64,000 nt of DNA from Laetmonice hystrix (taxonomy: Eukaryota), in contig OZ249445.1 in assembly GCA_965235115.1 (NCBI GenBank), positions 6,882,001 through 6,946,000 on the forward strand, in the 5' to 3' direction. A program made the translations under genes and the position numbers. The notes beneath the pieces are model-generated. The model was not told the origin of the DNA. It did no database searches and saw only the letters and a program-made list of their open reading frames with translations. Of this stretch, positions 37,880 through 51,600 are shown in pieces; within the stretch, counting starts at the first letter, position 1, and every line of letters starts with the position of its first letter.

Positions 37880-38150
37880 CTCTCAGGGTATTCGGTTTTT
37901 GACATCCCATGTCTGTGTCAACACGTACAGAATCTCTCTTCTCTCGCCCTCAGCCGAAAACACCAGCACAAACAATAAACACGAACACACGCTTCGTGGC
38001 AGCTCGATTCTGTTCTTACCACTGTAAGCGTGTAGAGTATAAACACTGCTGTTGGTCGTGCTGCACACGCGTACACTAAATATAGGCCCCGTACACGTGG
38101 ACTGATTATACTTTCTGCACAATCTGCACAATCCGTTACCGTTTTCAATC
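37880..38150 (-). mobile_element. Possible KDZ (Zisupton-related) transposase relic
   Basis: Minus ORF 37918-38148: RGLYLVYAC..RPTAVFILYT....ESSCHEACVRVYCL (cf. PGxFxxxCxHG..SPxxVFxxLYTRF..YDNACxLxxYCL). Confidence 0.33.
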
Positions 38151-39199
38151 TATTGGCCTGCCTAAACCTTTCCTTGAGGTTTTATTGAAATGTTGGAACA
38201 CATACTTTACATGTGTTCCGATTCACTGCTTGATCACACTTCGAAAAGTTCCCCCCTTCTACCCAAACTTCCCATGCTGTAGTTGGATGGTTGGGCGTCT
38301 CGCCTTGACCATGGCCTGGCAGAGACCACAGTCCGTGCCAGCCCAGCCCGGGCTCGTGTCCCCACCTGGCCTCTAGCTCCACCCCCTGGCCCATTCGTCA
38401 GTGCCCACACCTAAACATGACCTTTGACTCAGAGTATCCTTAATTGTCATCGAACTCTTCCAGACTGTTCATATGTACCTTTCCACTCAACAACCCCAGT
38501 AACCGCACCTCCAAGGGCCGTCCGGGGGTTGTACCCTACCCCGTCTGGGGTAAACCTATATATTACAGCCACTATGTTTTCAGTTGGGACTGGTTTACCC
38601 CTGAGTCTACCCTCTGGTATCAATGATAGATTGAACACTCCACCCCAAGTACTGTCACGGAGGGGTTGATAGCTGGGGTTTGGGCAGAGGTAGGAGGGGT
38701 TGGGGTGTGGGTGGGGAGGGTACAGAATCTCAAGTTTGTTGGTTTATAGTCAGCGAGAATTTCACAGAAATTCCAGGAACAACAAACATGTATTTACACT
38801 GCACACCTATATGGAAGCCTAACCTGTGGCAGCCCCAGGTACTCGGGTGTTGAATATCACAGAGTCCAGTTTTATTCTTAAACCTTGTACTACACAAAGG
38901 TACAAGCAAACATACTGACTTACAATATGTGTAGTATATCTGTAGGCGTTCCTTACAGCCAGTATTCAGGTAACTACTGGATGAGAGGAATGTCACCTCC
39001 TACAATATTCTCTCTCTCTGTGGCTAAGTTTTCGGTATCTAGCCAAACTCTGGTTATCTAACAAAAAAAACTACAAACATTCCCATCCATCAGGGAGATT
39101 GTAAGCGTCATTAGTCTCGCAACTGTTCACCACAAAAGTTGTTATCAGTCAAACTCCTCATAATACACGGAATTAAGATGGCAGAAAAATAGAAAGAAT

Positions 39200-40400
39200 C
39201 CCACCCACCAATCCTAATGAATTTCCTGCTGAATTTCGGCGTTAATTTGAACGTCCAACAAAGGATTGTGGAGCAAGGTGCCATGGTCAATGTTTCTTAC
39301 CTGAAAGTAGACATAAGGTTCATGTTAACATCATATTGCACTCTCCCTAACGAGCTGAGCTTAATTAGCAAACAGAAGCTACTTGTACTCCAGCATCCAC
39401 CCATTCACACGGCAACTAGAACAACAGTCATTAGTCACTCTGCACTATTGTTTAATGCATTCAGTTTTCAGTAGGAGCAATCAGGTTTTACTCTCATGAA
39501 ACCCTCAAGTACGAATATTACGTGTCATTGCTTTAACAACAGCCTCATATTTATGAAGCAGTGCCACCCAAAATGAGGTCCATTCTTAAGATGGAGTTAA
39601 CTATAACTCGTGATCCTCACAATATATTATTTGCTGATTATTCTATTTAATGCTGAATCGCCTGGGATTCAAATATAGCACTTTGGATGAACTGGCATCT
39701 GAAAGGGTTCCTTTGTGGCATATACTCGGCATATTAGGTCAAAGTGCTATACCAGCGTCAAGTATGACAGAATTCTCATTCCGTGGCGTATAGAACTGAT
39801 TTTTTTTTAAGTTGGCAGATACTTTGGTGATATTCATGCTTTCTGAAGCAGACAGTCACACGTCAAGCTACTGAACCATTTTCTCTCCCAGTTTGTGCCT
39901 GGCCTGGCTATTGTTGCTGTGTTTTACAGAGAAGACGTTTTGTTGCGATGTCATAAGTGTGTGATTGCCTTGCAATCTAAAGTATGGTGGATTCTATCCG
40001 TGCCACTTGTCTCATGTCTCCGTACATATGGCAGAAAGTGGAGCGAGATGTCATAATGTGGCAGCAATCGGTGGATGATCCTTCATCTACTCCTGGGGTC
40101 AGAGCGGGCCCGGCGGAGGTCACCAATCTCAGACTCGGGACATTATTACACTGACCTTGGTGGGCGACCAACGGCTACAGGAAACTATACACTCTCCTCA
40201 CGGAAGGCAGGAGATAGAACAGATAAAGAACCCGGTGTAAATTTATTCCATCAGCAGGAATCGGGATGGAAATATAGACAACAAATCCGTCTGACAGTTT
40301 GTCAATATAGTCATTCATCGTCTTGCAACATTTGGAGATTTAAATCAACTCCCAGTGTCTACCGTCATAATTTTTGTGTCTTTTCGATTAAATCTGTACG
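39200..40400 (-). mobile_element. Decayed gypsy protease-RT
   Basis: Minus strand MTVDTGS (40348-40368, aspartic protease DTG), followed by LYLNPRR / ALNRII (cf. CxDPRxLN). Confidence 0.4.
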
Positions 40401-40949
40401 GTAACACTTCCCTTTTACCCAAGTGTAATGGAGAGGAATCAGGATATGCAGTCACGGAAACTGAAGTTATCTACGCCTAAGAGGACATACAGCCCAAATC
40501 TATGAATGTTTTATTTGCTTTTATGCATTTGCACTCGTCATTGAGGTGGCGTGTTTGGAATAGGAGTGGTCGAGTAAAACAAAGGCAGATTTTCCGTTCT
40601 CCGTGAAGGTAACATGCAACATTACATGTCTCCACTGACATGTTTGACTAGAATTAGACATCCGCTCCATGCATGTGGCTTTCAACTAGGTTTGAAGATC
40701 GACTAATGGCGGAAATTGTACAATTTTCGTGGCAAAGTGGCCACTCTCTTTGCGACAATACGTTCCATGGGGCCTAGCCCGAGTTCACTTTGGGCCGGGT
40801 AAGGTTGGGCGGGTGGACTGCATGTTGATTGTATGGTATGCGGGGTGGGGTTGGGGGTAGGGGATGTGATTTGTCCGCTCGTGGGTGGATGGCCCGTGTG
40901 AGTGGCCGTGTTAAGAGCCTGGAGGTGGAGGGGGGGGGGGGGACTGGGG

Positions 40950-41550
40950 CAGGGCCAGTGGAGGACACGGCCTGCCCGGACCATTACAATCACCCATACG
41001 TCACCACCGTCCTCAACCCTCCACCCGCTCACAATACACCATACAATACCACCCCAGTTATTGATATCTCATATTTAAACATACCGGCAAGTATTTCTAC
41101 TTCCAATCACAACCTGGGCCTATTGATTCCTCCTTATTCAGACATGTAGAGTGAGTTATAAGGAAGATGGGACATAAAGATCTTCTATTTTTATGACCAA
41201 AAACTTGTGAGTTACTTGGTGTCTGCAACACTTGAGGATGTAGTCTGGTCATCACTGAGACATTTGTCAATTTCTTCTCCAAACTCTGAATTATTCACAG
41301 TATGTGCAAAGTTTGCCAACTGCACGGCACTCAGTTATTAAAAACTATACGCAACTCTTGAGTAAATGTGCATGTGCTTACTGCTAGACTGCGTTTGGTT
41401 TGGCAGCCGGCTATTGTAATCTTGGTGTGAGCACTGCTCAGTCCGGCTAGGTCGGTTTGTCACAAGTAGACTGGCCGATATTTCACTCAAGGACCGGTGA
41501 ATGATAGCCAGGTTTATAGGAGTATTGATCCTTGACCGGACCCTCATATT
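40950..41550 (-). mobile_element. DIRS/Ngaro RT N-terminal relic
   Basis: Minus strand RINTPINLAIIHRSL (41490-41535, cf. TPxNxxxLxxxL), then VFGHKNR..IFLITHS (cf. GxxPKKxxGxxRxIxxLS). Confidence 0.42.
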
Positions 41551-41621
41551 CCCCTGTGGGTCTGTATGCCGAATCTGATTGGTCGCCGTGACCGGGCGAG
41601 TCCCCTACCCTGACCCCAGGT

Positions 41622-42311
41622 CTGCCCTGTCCAGCCCCACTCCCAGGTCCCCGGCCTGTCCTGTCCAGCCCCACTCCCAGGTCCTCGGCCTGCCCTGTCC
41701 AGCCCCACTCCCAGGTCCCCGGCCTGTCCTGTCCAGCCCCACTCCCAGGTCGACGGCCTGTCCTGTCCAGCCCCACTCCCAGGTCCCCGGCCTGTCCTGT
41801 CCAGCCCCACTCCCAGGTCCCCGGCCTGTCCTGTCCAGCCCCACTCCCAGGTCGACGGTCTGTCCTGTCCAGCCCCACTCCCAGGCCCCCGGCCGACCCT
41901 GTCCAGCCCCACTCCCAGGTCCCCGGCCTGTCCTGTCCAGCCCCACTCCCAGGTCCCCGGCCTGTCCTGTCCAGCCCCACTCCCAGGTCCCGGGCCGACC
42001 CTGTCCAGCCCCACTCCCATGTCGACGGCCTGTCCTGTCTAGCCCCACTCCCAGGTCCCGGGCCGACCCTGTCCAGCCCCACTCCCAGGTCCCACTCCCA
42101 GGTTGACCCTGTCCAGCCCCACTCCCAGGTCCCCGGCCTGTCCTGTCCAGCCTCACTCCCAGGTCCTCGGCTTGCCCTGCCCAGCCCTACTCCCCGGCCG
42201 ACCCTGTCCAGCCCTACTCCCAGGTCCTCGGCCAACCCTGCCCAGCCCTACTCCCCGGCCGACCCTGTCCAGCCCCACTCCCAGGTCCCCGGCCGGCACT
42301 GTCCAGCCCCA
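41622..42311. repeat. C-rich minisatellite, 34-bp unit (tcctgtccagccccactcccaggtccccggcctg), about 20 copies
   Basis: ccagccccac at 41631, 41665 and onward; copies diverge toward the distal end. Confidence 0.97.
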
Positions 42312-44483
42312 TTTCCACGGTTCTCGTTTGCCCTGTCCTGTGCCATTCCAAGCTCTTAGATTCTGCACCACATCCTCTCAGCAGGCTTTTACCACTCACC
42401 GACTCTTGTCTGCAACGTACACTACACTTAGGGCCTCACGCCATCAAGTTTTCCTGCTAGGTGTAGCGTGCCCAGCGTCATCGGTGGTGGCCGGTGGTGG
42501 CCGGTGGTGGGGGAGGGAGTGGGAGATGGCGGGGCTGGCACAGTATTATGGATGACAGCGGGGCCTCCGAGCCCTGTCTAACGTTTCACCGGCGGAAAAC
42601 TACACGGCCGATAGTGCCTCCCACCATCGGCCCTCAAAGGCCAACTACATTGTTACCCAATCCAAGCATATTCCATCACAGCCAGCCCAAAGCCATTCTG
42701 CCACTTTTGGGGCCATTCACAGCCAGCTAGGGATCCATAGAGACTGCCAACCAATCAGAAAGTCGCTTACTTCATGATGATGGGCTTTTGAGGTTGGATA
42801 TCCTCCAAAGCTTTATTGCATCAAGGATCAAGCTCGACATGTCTGGGCAAATTTTATTGGTCAGCTGGTCTGCTTTTTCACCGCAGACAGCATGCCTGAT
42901 ATGTTGTTCTGGTTAGGATAAATTTAAATATCATGTTTCATATATCTTCTACGATATTACAAAATTAACGGTGTATTTTAATGATAAAAAGAAAATACTT
43001 TGAAACAAGAAGGTGTGATTGGCGACATTCCACGTCTCTTTTAACAGATTGATTCGAGTTGATTAAACTGGTCGTGTTCCTTGACGACTGATGGGGGGGG
43101 GGGGGGTGTCTTCACACTGTCTGTATCAAACTACTGCAGCAAATCTCGGCTTACCTCACTACAGACCACCATATCTTCATTAGTCATACTCTTCTTCACA
43201 TAATCTACTCACTTTGTCACACTATAATAACAACACACTCTAATCTAATCATACTTGAATAAGTATAGAGAAAGACCTCGTCTGAGAATGCGGCCGCTGT
43301 CTAAATGCCAGTTCTAATTTTATCAAACTGCAAACAAACTCGAATTAATTCAAACTTCATTAACATCACTGGAGGCGTCTCATCGAGGCGAGAAACTCGA
43401 CATATTCTGACACTCCGGAAAGTTTGGTTTCCAGGAAATATTTACTGCTCAGCATCCCTCATCAATCAAGGTATCTGTCTGTGAATCCATCCTTTCTCAG
43501 ATTTGTTTCCTGACCCAACTCTTGCCGTCCCCAGCGGGATGTGACCGAGAACGAGTAATAATCCCGACTTGGGTCCAGTTATCTCCTGCTCATACCGAGT
43601 CAGTGGGGATATCGTCATGGCTACAACCAATCACACACACTCGCCTACACACACACCCATCACTCTCTGATCTTCTCACAAAATCATTCCAAAGTCTGTC
43701 TGATCTTGCCCTGTCTGGACGAGGGATCAAGCAATGTCCACTTAGCTTGCTGAGATGTAATCTAACACGATTCTAACACCCGTCTTCAGAGCTAAATCCG
43801 GCTGTGGTGTAATCTGGTCAGGACGGAGGAAGGACTGGGTGGGTTTAGTTACGGTGATATAATCGGAGTCGTCCATCAAAGTTTATCCGAGAACCACGCG
43901 AGAAGTGGTTGGACGTGAGAGTGGAGGAACCTGATGTTCACTCCATAGTGCTGTTTGCGCCCTTCCCCCGCACGACGGGCACCCATCAACAAATCGCGAC
44001 GGCCTGGCTGAATTTTACGTCTATTGATTTCTAAACGAGTTTGTGGCATTGAGGGGTGACTAGTGAGATTGGTGGAGAGATGTGGATCACAGATAGGCCG
44101 CGGGCACCGGGCCACTCGGGATACAGCCTCCACAACATGGTCCCACATCACATGGCAAATTATACCTCTAATTATTGGTTTTCTCTGATATACTAAAAAT
44201 AATTTGGAAAATAAGTCAAAATCTGGTCCCATTATTAGATTTCCTGGCCTTGTAGTTTCATCTCAAAATGTCCGAGACATATAAAAACCGTAGAACTGGT
44301 CACCACGGTGGCAGTCACCGATTTCTTCTTGCAATTTGGGACCTGTAAAAGAGTGTGATGCCTTGAAAACAGCAGTACTGTCTATATCATGACAGATCTC
44401 TCACCGCACCTCACATCAACATTTAAAGATGTAATTGGTTGATTTTCTATAACTGTAGTCGGAAACCTCCCGTGGTTTCCGAG

Positions 44484-44798
44484 ATTCCTCTCTCAACCCC
44501 CAGTAATGTGCGGAGAGAAGATTTTCCTCTCTCAACCCCCAGTAATGTTCAGAGAGAAGATTTTCCTCTCTCAACCCCCAGTACTGTTCAGAGAGAAGAT
44601 TTTCCTCTCTCAACCCCCAGTAATGTTTAAGAGAAGATTTTCTCCTCTCAACCCCCAGTAATGTTCAGAGAGAAGATTTTCCTCTCTCATCCCCCAGTAC
44701 TGTTCAGAGAGAAGATTTTCCTCTCTCAACCCCCAGTAATGTTCAGAGAGAAGATTTTCCTCTCTCATCCCCCAGTACTGTGCAGAGAGAAGATTTTC
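44484..44798. repeat. Minisatellite, 39-bp unit (cagagagaagattttcctctctcaacccccagtaatgtt), 8 copies
   Basis: Directly visible periodicity. Confidence 0.96.
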
Positions 44799-45399
44799 GA
44801 GTAATGAGGCATGTTTTCCCAGACGTAAAGTAAGGCAGTTCCCTGTGGACAATGTTTAATGTTCATCACTATCACCATGCTAATTGTGGTGGCGATGTGA
44901 TAAAGGTGTACAAAAGTGGTGTGAACGCTAACGGTCCAATTATCAGCCTGGGAGCGGCTGACGGAGCGGGTACAGGCCAAGGGGTGTGACGGGTCGGGGC
45001 GCCCCCTAGCGCCCGGCGTGCTGCCTCAATCGATGCCGACGACGCAGCCAATTTGGTCGTACAATGTAAGGTGGGCTGGTGGCGACCAGGGGGTACGCCA
45101 CGGCTATTGTAGCACGGTACTGGCCGGCAGTGAATAATTCGGCCCCGGGGAAATCGCCCGTTAGAGGGACTCCTCCGTTCGGCCAAGGATATTGATGTGC
45201 GCGGCCAGGCAACATAGTGCAGTGTATTTTAGAGCGTAACTTATAATCGAAACTGGCCAAAACAGGCCTCGATTGCGACAAATGGGTGATGAAGCAGAAG
45301 GGCTCGAGAAGAGGATGTTTGTTAGATTTCGTCACATGTGATTGTAATACTGAAAGGGCAAATACCTGTACGAAATCTGTGGCCTTCCACCACTCCTAG

Positions 45400-46550
45400 G
45401 GTTCTCTGTCCCGTTCCATTTCAATACAGACGTTCACCATAATATATTGACAGTGCCGACCAGGCCACTTCAATATACATTTCATAACCCAAATATTCAC
45501 GGGTAAATTACTCATAAACATTCTCCTAAAAGTCCCTACGGATTGATTATTCATGCAACCCTGACCTACGTCAATCTTTTATTCTTGTAGCTAAGATAGG
45601 AATGAGCTTGTAAAAGTGAAACTGGTAGCGTAAGAGCCGTGTTCCTCACTGTAAGCCAAGCCAGGAAAGGGGTTCTACCAGATATTGATCACAGGTTTGG
45701 GGTGAGGCTTGTCCAATAGCAGATGGCTCATGACCTGCCTGTGTTACGGGTTCCCCCTTGTCTCGTAAAACCATTAGGGAATTACTTGTTAAGAAGGGTT
45801 AGACTGCATTCTGCTGACCCGCTCTCCTACAGAATCCTTGACCACTGGTTAAAGGCTGTGTTTACTTAGGAACAGTTGGAGCAGCATGGCCTTGTAATGG
45901 TTGATCTCCATAACTTGACCAAATTGTGCGGTGGTGTGCAGCGGAAGCGGCAGCAGCCTGCAGGAACCGCTCCGACCTGCTGACCGGGGCGGGCCACTGA
46001 CCCAATCAGACCGCCATCAACTACCACCCAACCACCGCCACAGATATGTCAACTAGTTTTATACGACCGAATCGCAATGACAGCAGGTCTGATTACGTTT
46101 AAGGAGTGGTGGTTTGGAGGATGGCAGGGCTGTCAGAATGTGACCGACTGAAGAGTAGGACGGGCTGACAGCTGACCGACAGCCGTGGAGTGAGTGAGCG
46201 CTTGATGACCAGATCAAGCCAGCGCCACCAAGCCGCCAGGTCATGAGTGGGGTACAGTGGTCCACCCACTCTCACAGAGTACGGACGGTGATCACTGGTA
46301 GGGTGAGTGTGATCAAGTGAACAGGGTGGAGGGTGAACTCAGCAGGTCTCAGACTCCACACGGGCTATGGCAACACCAGCGAGGGAGTATCGTGGGCAAC
46401 ATCGGATGGAATCGGCTAAACACCTTCGGTAAAACAATAGGACCAAAAAAAACAAGTAAGAAAGCCATCCAGAAACACAGTGCCTTGACGCACAAGACCG
46501 CGGACAGAAGAAGCAGTAAAATAATAAGGCAGTTGGCCGCTGAAGACAAC
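45400..46550 (-). mobile_element. Possible DIRS/Ngaro gag-RT relic
   Basis: Minus strand FWMAFLLV..FHP and RWLD (gag-like WxxAFxxY..P, WxxYD), and YLVEPLSWLG (cf. YLxxGFxxGF); weak. Confidence 0.25.
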
Positions 46551-46899
46551 TGCAGGCAGAAAGTTGGTGTGCAGACGGTCTGTGTTTAATGTATGGGCTG
46601 GCTGGGTGAGGGGAAGCCGGTGAGTGTCCACCATTTAATGGTGTGTGTTGGCACGCAGTCTGAGCGCCACCACCACGCTGATCATCATGTCGACCGTCCT
46701 CCGACTCGGCCCGCCGACCGCCACTCCGGCTACATACACGGCTACAACCGGATTCTGAGCTACCTCTCCTACAGTAGAGCTCAAACTTGGGGATTATACT
46801 GACTGCATGGTTTAGTGGCAGGATTACTGAGTCCTACAGCTCGGTCCACATGGCTACCTGTCTGAGGGAGTCCATACCGAGTGATCCCGACAGTCAGTC

Positions 46900-49050
46900 A
46901 CCCTGAAACCATTATGATGACTCTTCTCCTAATGGTCCAACAAAGGTTCTAAAGTGCAGAAAACCATTCCTTCCATTTGAGATGAGATTACAATGGATTG
47001 CCCTGGCATTCAATTGAGGATTTACCCACTGTTTAATCTGCCTCATTGCGTGCACCAAGGATTCACAACCTGTACTTTCTACTGAGTCCACTGGTTCCAT
47101 GCAGCCAATGGCCACGCACCCGAAAGGTTAGTATGGTACGGTAACCCCAAACGTTACAAGTTGAGATGAGTCAGAAGAAAAGTTTGTATCCCCTGTGTCA
47201 GTATCTATATCTCTCCATCCCAGCTGCCAACATATACGTTAACACGGATTCCTGCCCTGAGCAGGTGGTCCCAAGGATTTCATAGCAACTACCTGTGATT
47301 CTACCCAGTTTTATCAGTCTATCATCCCCTCTGCAATCATGTCCAACTTAACAATCGAAATGTTCATGTCTTCTGGCGTTTGAAAGAAACGAGTGCCATA
47401 CAGGTTTCTATATAAAACATCCTTTGTAACAAATCCACAACGGGTCCATTGAAAGAACTTTGCAATGGTAGGGGAACATCAAGAAAACTGCTTATCGAAG
47501 CACATTGTTCCTTACTGCTTAAACAACATTTCTTTTCAGTAGTTCACCGCATTCAGACCGCCTTTTTCATGCGTCTCGGAGCATTAGATTCAAGGATTAT
47601 ATCAAGCATAAAAAAGGCCAAGTGTAAGCCAGTAAAGGTTGAGTACCGCCACCACGTGTTGGGGGAGGAGCAGAGCTGGGGGAGGAGAGAGAGAGTATTT
47701 ATAAGCAGTGGGTGCACTGTGAAGTATATCGCGGGCTATTCCTGGAGGGAAGAAGATGCGCGGCTCAATGATGAGCTTTGGTCAGAGGGGTGTCTGCGTG
47801 CTGTCGTGCCACCTCCTACATACACGTAAGTAGCCAAGGTAAGGGTCGCCTACCCTGCCCACACCTGGCCGGGCCACTGCCCCACCTTCAACACGGACCC
47901 CGGCACCCTCCTTATCCACGGCCCGGAGTAAGGAGGCGGGAGGAGATAGTGTTCTAACCGCCGACCGGACTGGCTTTAAGTGTGAGCTGACTGGCCGACC
48001 TGACACGTGCCTCAGGTATCCCGAGTGTTGGCCACTGATCCACAGGTTGGAGCTAGGACCCGCCGTGTGGGAGCGACACCTCCCAACAGAGACACTCAGC
48101 GAGTCGGCACGGAATGCGTACTAGTCCAAGTTGGAAACTTCTAGAAGTTGATAGCCTGGTTGGACTTAATTGGGTACTTCATCAACTCTGAGTGAACTAT
48201 TAACCTAATGGTTGTTATCTCTTCGGATGCCTGGAGATAACAACTCCAGGGAGTACGACAAGTGAGCCTCAGGGAGGAGGACAGGTGTGCCATAAACAGT
48301 AGGCAATCACCACACCTGGAGCCCTCCACACGGGACTACCACTACTCCATACTCAGACTACCTCCGATGACTTCATTGACGGCGGGTGGACACTGAGACT
48401 GATGACAACCACCATTGATTACTCTGAGCTGACTGGGTTCACACGCTCTGTCACACTATTGGGACACCTCGGCTCTGTCCCAACTGTCCCCAGCCCAGGT
48501 GTAGTGGATCTGTCCCCGGAGGCGGAGTGGGATGCTGAAGTCTCAGGCATCCATCCCACTTGTGTGCAGCGATCGTGACAGAGTCCGAGTTCATCATTAC
48601 AGCAGCGTCACCCTCTCCACTCGATGGTAGCGTGTTAGCAAACTATCCCGATCGGATTCTACCTCCTATCGTGTGTGAATCAGTGCGACTGACGATGACC
48701 AAGTGTTTGCCCAGATTCCAACTTGTCTGGAGCGAGGAGCGGTCAACATGTTACGAGTAGGTGAGGAAGACACATAGCATGCTGTCAGGTTTATACCTCA
48801 CGACGTGCCACGTCACGTTTGGTTACTAACACTTCCATGGTCATACATCAACCATCCACGGTATACCCCACTGCTAACATACCACTACAGCGCTTCTCAA
48901 CCATACCTCATGTCTTACTACAGTTTTAGTTGGTTTCCAACTCATTGTCCAGGCAAAGAAAACTTAAACTCCACTGCTTGCCCTCATATTCTATTTTATC
49001 AAAGCTAAAGGGTAAATTCGAGCAATTTTACTATTTTTCTATAAAGCCTT
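46900..49050 (-). mobile_element. Decayed I/Nimb-like LINE ORF2 (endonuclease then RT)
   Basis: Minus strand HEVWL, LVIVSRTDSH..G..G..VMMNSD.VT (EN, 48550-48950), AQGQESVL (cf. PQGSVL), LVHAMRQIKQW..LN (RT, 46980-47250). Confidence 0.48.
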
Positions 49051-50999
49051 GTACTCGCGGCTTGAGTGTGACAAGAAGATTTCTTGAATTCAAAACATCG
49101 ATCATTAATGACATAATGAAAGAGCAGGACTAGCGTTTTGTTTTGGTGTCAGTGATATGACTAGATGGTACCGACCAGAACGAGCCGTTCATTATTACCA
49201 TATAAATAACATCATCAGAGCAAGTCAAACACAAGGTCACCCCGCCCTTGGTTCCATCAAATTACCGCCAACTTGAGAGTTGTACGAGTTATTATTTTCA
49301 GTCACTTCGCTCAGACAAAATACATCAAACAAAGACCAACGAAAACATGCCACAGAACAAGAATACATCACATACTCTTGGACTATAGTAGGAAGAACCC
49401 ATTATTATTAAACCATGCAGGTAAAAATAACCCACTCTGGTAATTAATAATTCTGAGCCATTATATCTTCTTTTTATCCCGACTGAGTATTTCAGTATAG
49501 ATTTTTTCCTTCTTGGTACATAAAAAACAAAGTGGTCTTGGAAATAATCACCATCCTTCTCAATTGAGGTCTTCTTTAATTAGCCAGCATGTTCGTTAGC
49601 TCTACAGTTTGAAACGTGTTAACTTGAAGCGTTGCCATTTTTTAATGAAGTGATACGGTGTACTTAAGCAGCGAGCAGTTTTGTATTTCTGCCAACCCGG
49701 TTACAAACACAGCAGGTTATAATACCGAATATTCTACTGTATAAGGTAATTAGGCCAAGCTATCTGAGGTAATCGACCCTGATCTCAAACCTGGCCGTCA
49801 GAGTTAGTCTGATGTCTGCCTGGCCGACTGCCACCAATGTGAACAGGTAACGTTACAGACACATCATTCTAACACCACTCGACACCAATATCTAGCATGA
49901 TGTCGGAGCTAAAGCTCCCCCTGTAACCGATAAACATGCATGACTCATCGGATAACTCATCATACAGATTACTTTGAGGAAATAAATAGGTTTTGAATTC
50001 AATACTATAAGTGATGAAAATAACAAAGCTGGCTCTCGACACCAGGCTCGATCCCAACAGCTCTCCTCACATCAAAGGATGCTGACTCTGTTCTGTATCT
50101 TGAGGAGGTCCTGTTCCTGTTGCTGTGTTAAGAACCATCATTTCCGTTTGACTTAGACTCCCCTCTCCCTCTTAATGACTGAAGAAGACACTAAGCCGAG
50201 TTACGTTTCACAAAGGCGAGTTACCAGTACTACTGTTATCCACCCAATCATAATATTTCCCCTAGGAATGAAATCAGTCACTCACAAGATATCAACTAAC
50301 ACAACTGTTATAAGTCCTGCAATTCTCGGCCACAGGACTTGATACACACCCCACACGAAAACAGAACTCAGAGAGCGAGAACAATTCATTCTCACTTCCA
50401 ACCTGTGTGCACATTATGATGTCTGTGTGATCAAGTTACAATACTATCTTCAGAATTGTGCATGGAATATGGGACAGTTGCTTCAAGATCAATGGCCGAG
50501 TGCAATTCTTGTCATACAACGGTCTATATATTCCCATTGAACCTGTGCGATGTTGGTACACTGCATGCCTGGTAACATTTTTTTCCGACCTCACTCCACC
50601 GATATCGAGGTTGGATAATTAGAAACCAATCGATATGGAGTAAGATTTGTGTGGGTTCTCCACCAATGGTTTTTACTGGTGGAGAAGTAGCTGCACATAC
50701 AGCGGGGAAGTATGCAACACCGCTGGGGGAGTGATTTTCTGAGGGAAACACAGCACCACAAAATTTAATTTGCCAGGTAAAAGTTTTGATTTAATTCAAG
50801 AGCCAATAACTTATTGGTTGGCCTCGCTTCCCTCTAGCAGGACGGGGTTGACTCATGTTCTTCGTGAGTTCTGGCTCAAGTTAAAACAGTTCGGACATAT
50901 GCTGGATTCTGTCTCATACAACATCTCCTGCCACTGACTGTTGATTGGTGAAGGGTCGGCCAGTAGAGGATGGGCAATGTACACCTATCTATACCGACA

Positions 51000-51600
51000 G
51001 GTTAAGTCTCACTCACCCCTTACCTTTATCAACCCATTATGATAACTCTGTGGAGTCATGATAAGATTTCTGTGTAAGCCGTCCACCAGCCGGGAGACGA
51101 TACACCACTGTCTGTGATAACACCATGGTCTCAGCCGCCCACCACGCACCCGGAGAGGGGACCCTCCCCTCGCCTGACCTACACCTGCTATCCTCAACAC
51201 CAGAGACAAGTGTTTCTAATCCTAGTCCAGGTGGCATAGTGCTCCTGGTGCCTTCTGCCTGGAGGGTGTCTCCAGGCGGGCGTCTTGTAGGCAGTGGTCG
51301 GATTAAGTAAGCAGTGGGATCGCTATGAACACAGCCGGTGGTTGATACGTTCTGCTAGTCGGTGCCCGCCTCCCATACTGAGACAGGTGGCCATACCGGC
51401 AGGCTGCTCACAGAAATAACCCGGGTCCTTTTCTCCGGCTCAAATATTCTAAATGTACTTGGTGCATGCATCCGTGTGGTACCACATCAGTGCGCTGTCC
51501 ATGCTCACTCTCACTTCATATAGTATGTCTCTCTACAGCAGTCTGCCACTGGGAAGTTGAAATCTTTCTCCGAGGGAAACTAGAGGGAAACGTCAACAGA
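51000..51600 (-). mobile_element. Gypsy integrase core relic
   Basis: Minus strand FRIF..VISVSSLPVWP, LAERINHRL (51332-51358, cf. NGLAERxNxTL), AYKTP (cf. AYRxTP). Confidence 0.55.

Noticed and set aside
38191-38215. 9-bp-arm hairpin ggaacacat-actttac-atgtgttcc (also the 18-bp palindrome at 15508-15525)
   Set aside because: Short enough to arise by chance or local slippage; no TSD or copies seen.
41483-42555. Long overlapping ORFs (150-250 aa) in several frames
   Set aside because: They are products of the stop-free 34-bp repeat and have low-complexity translations on both strands.
46349-46549. Hydrophobic minus-strand ORF resembling a small membrane protein
   Set aside because: Short, no ATG, and better explained as a decayed Ngaro gag-like segment.
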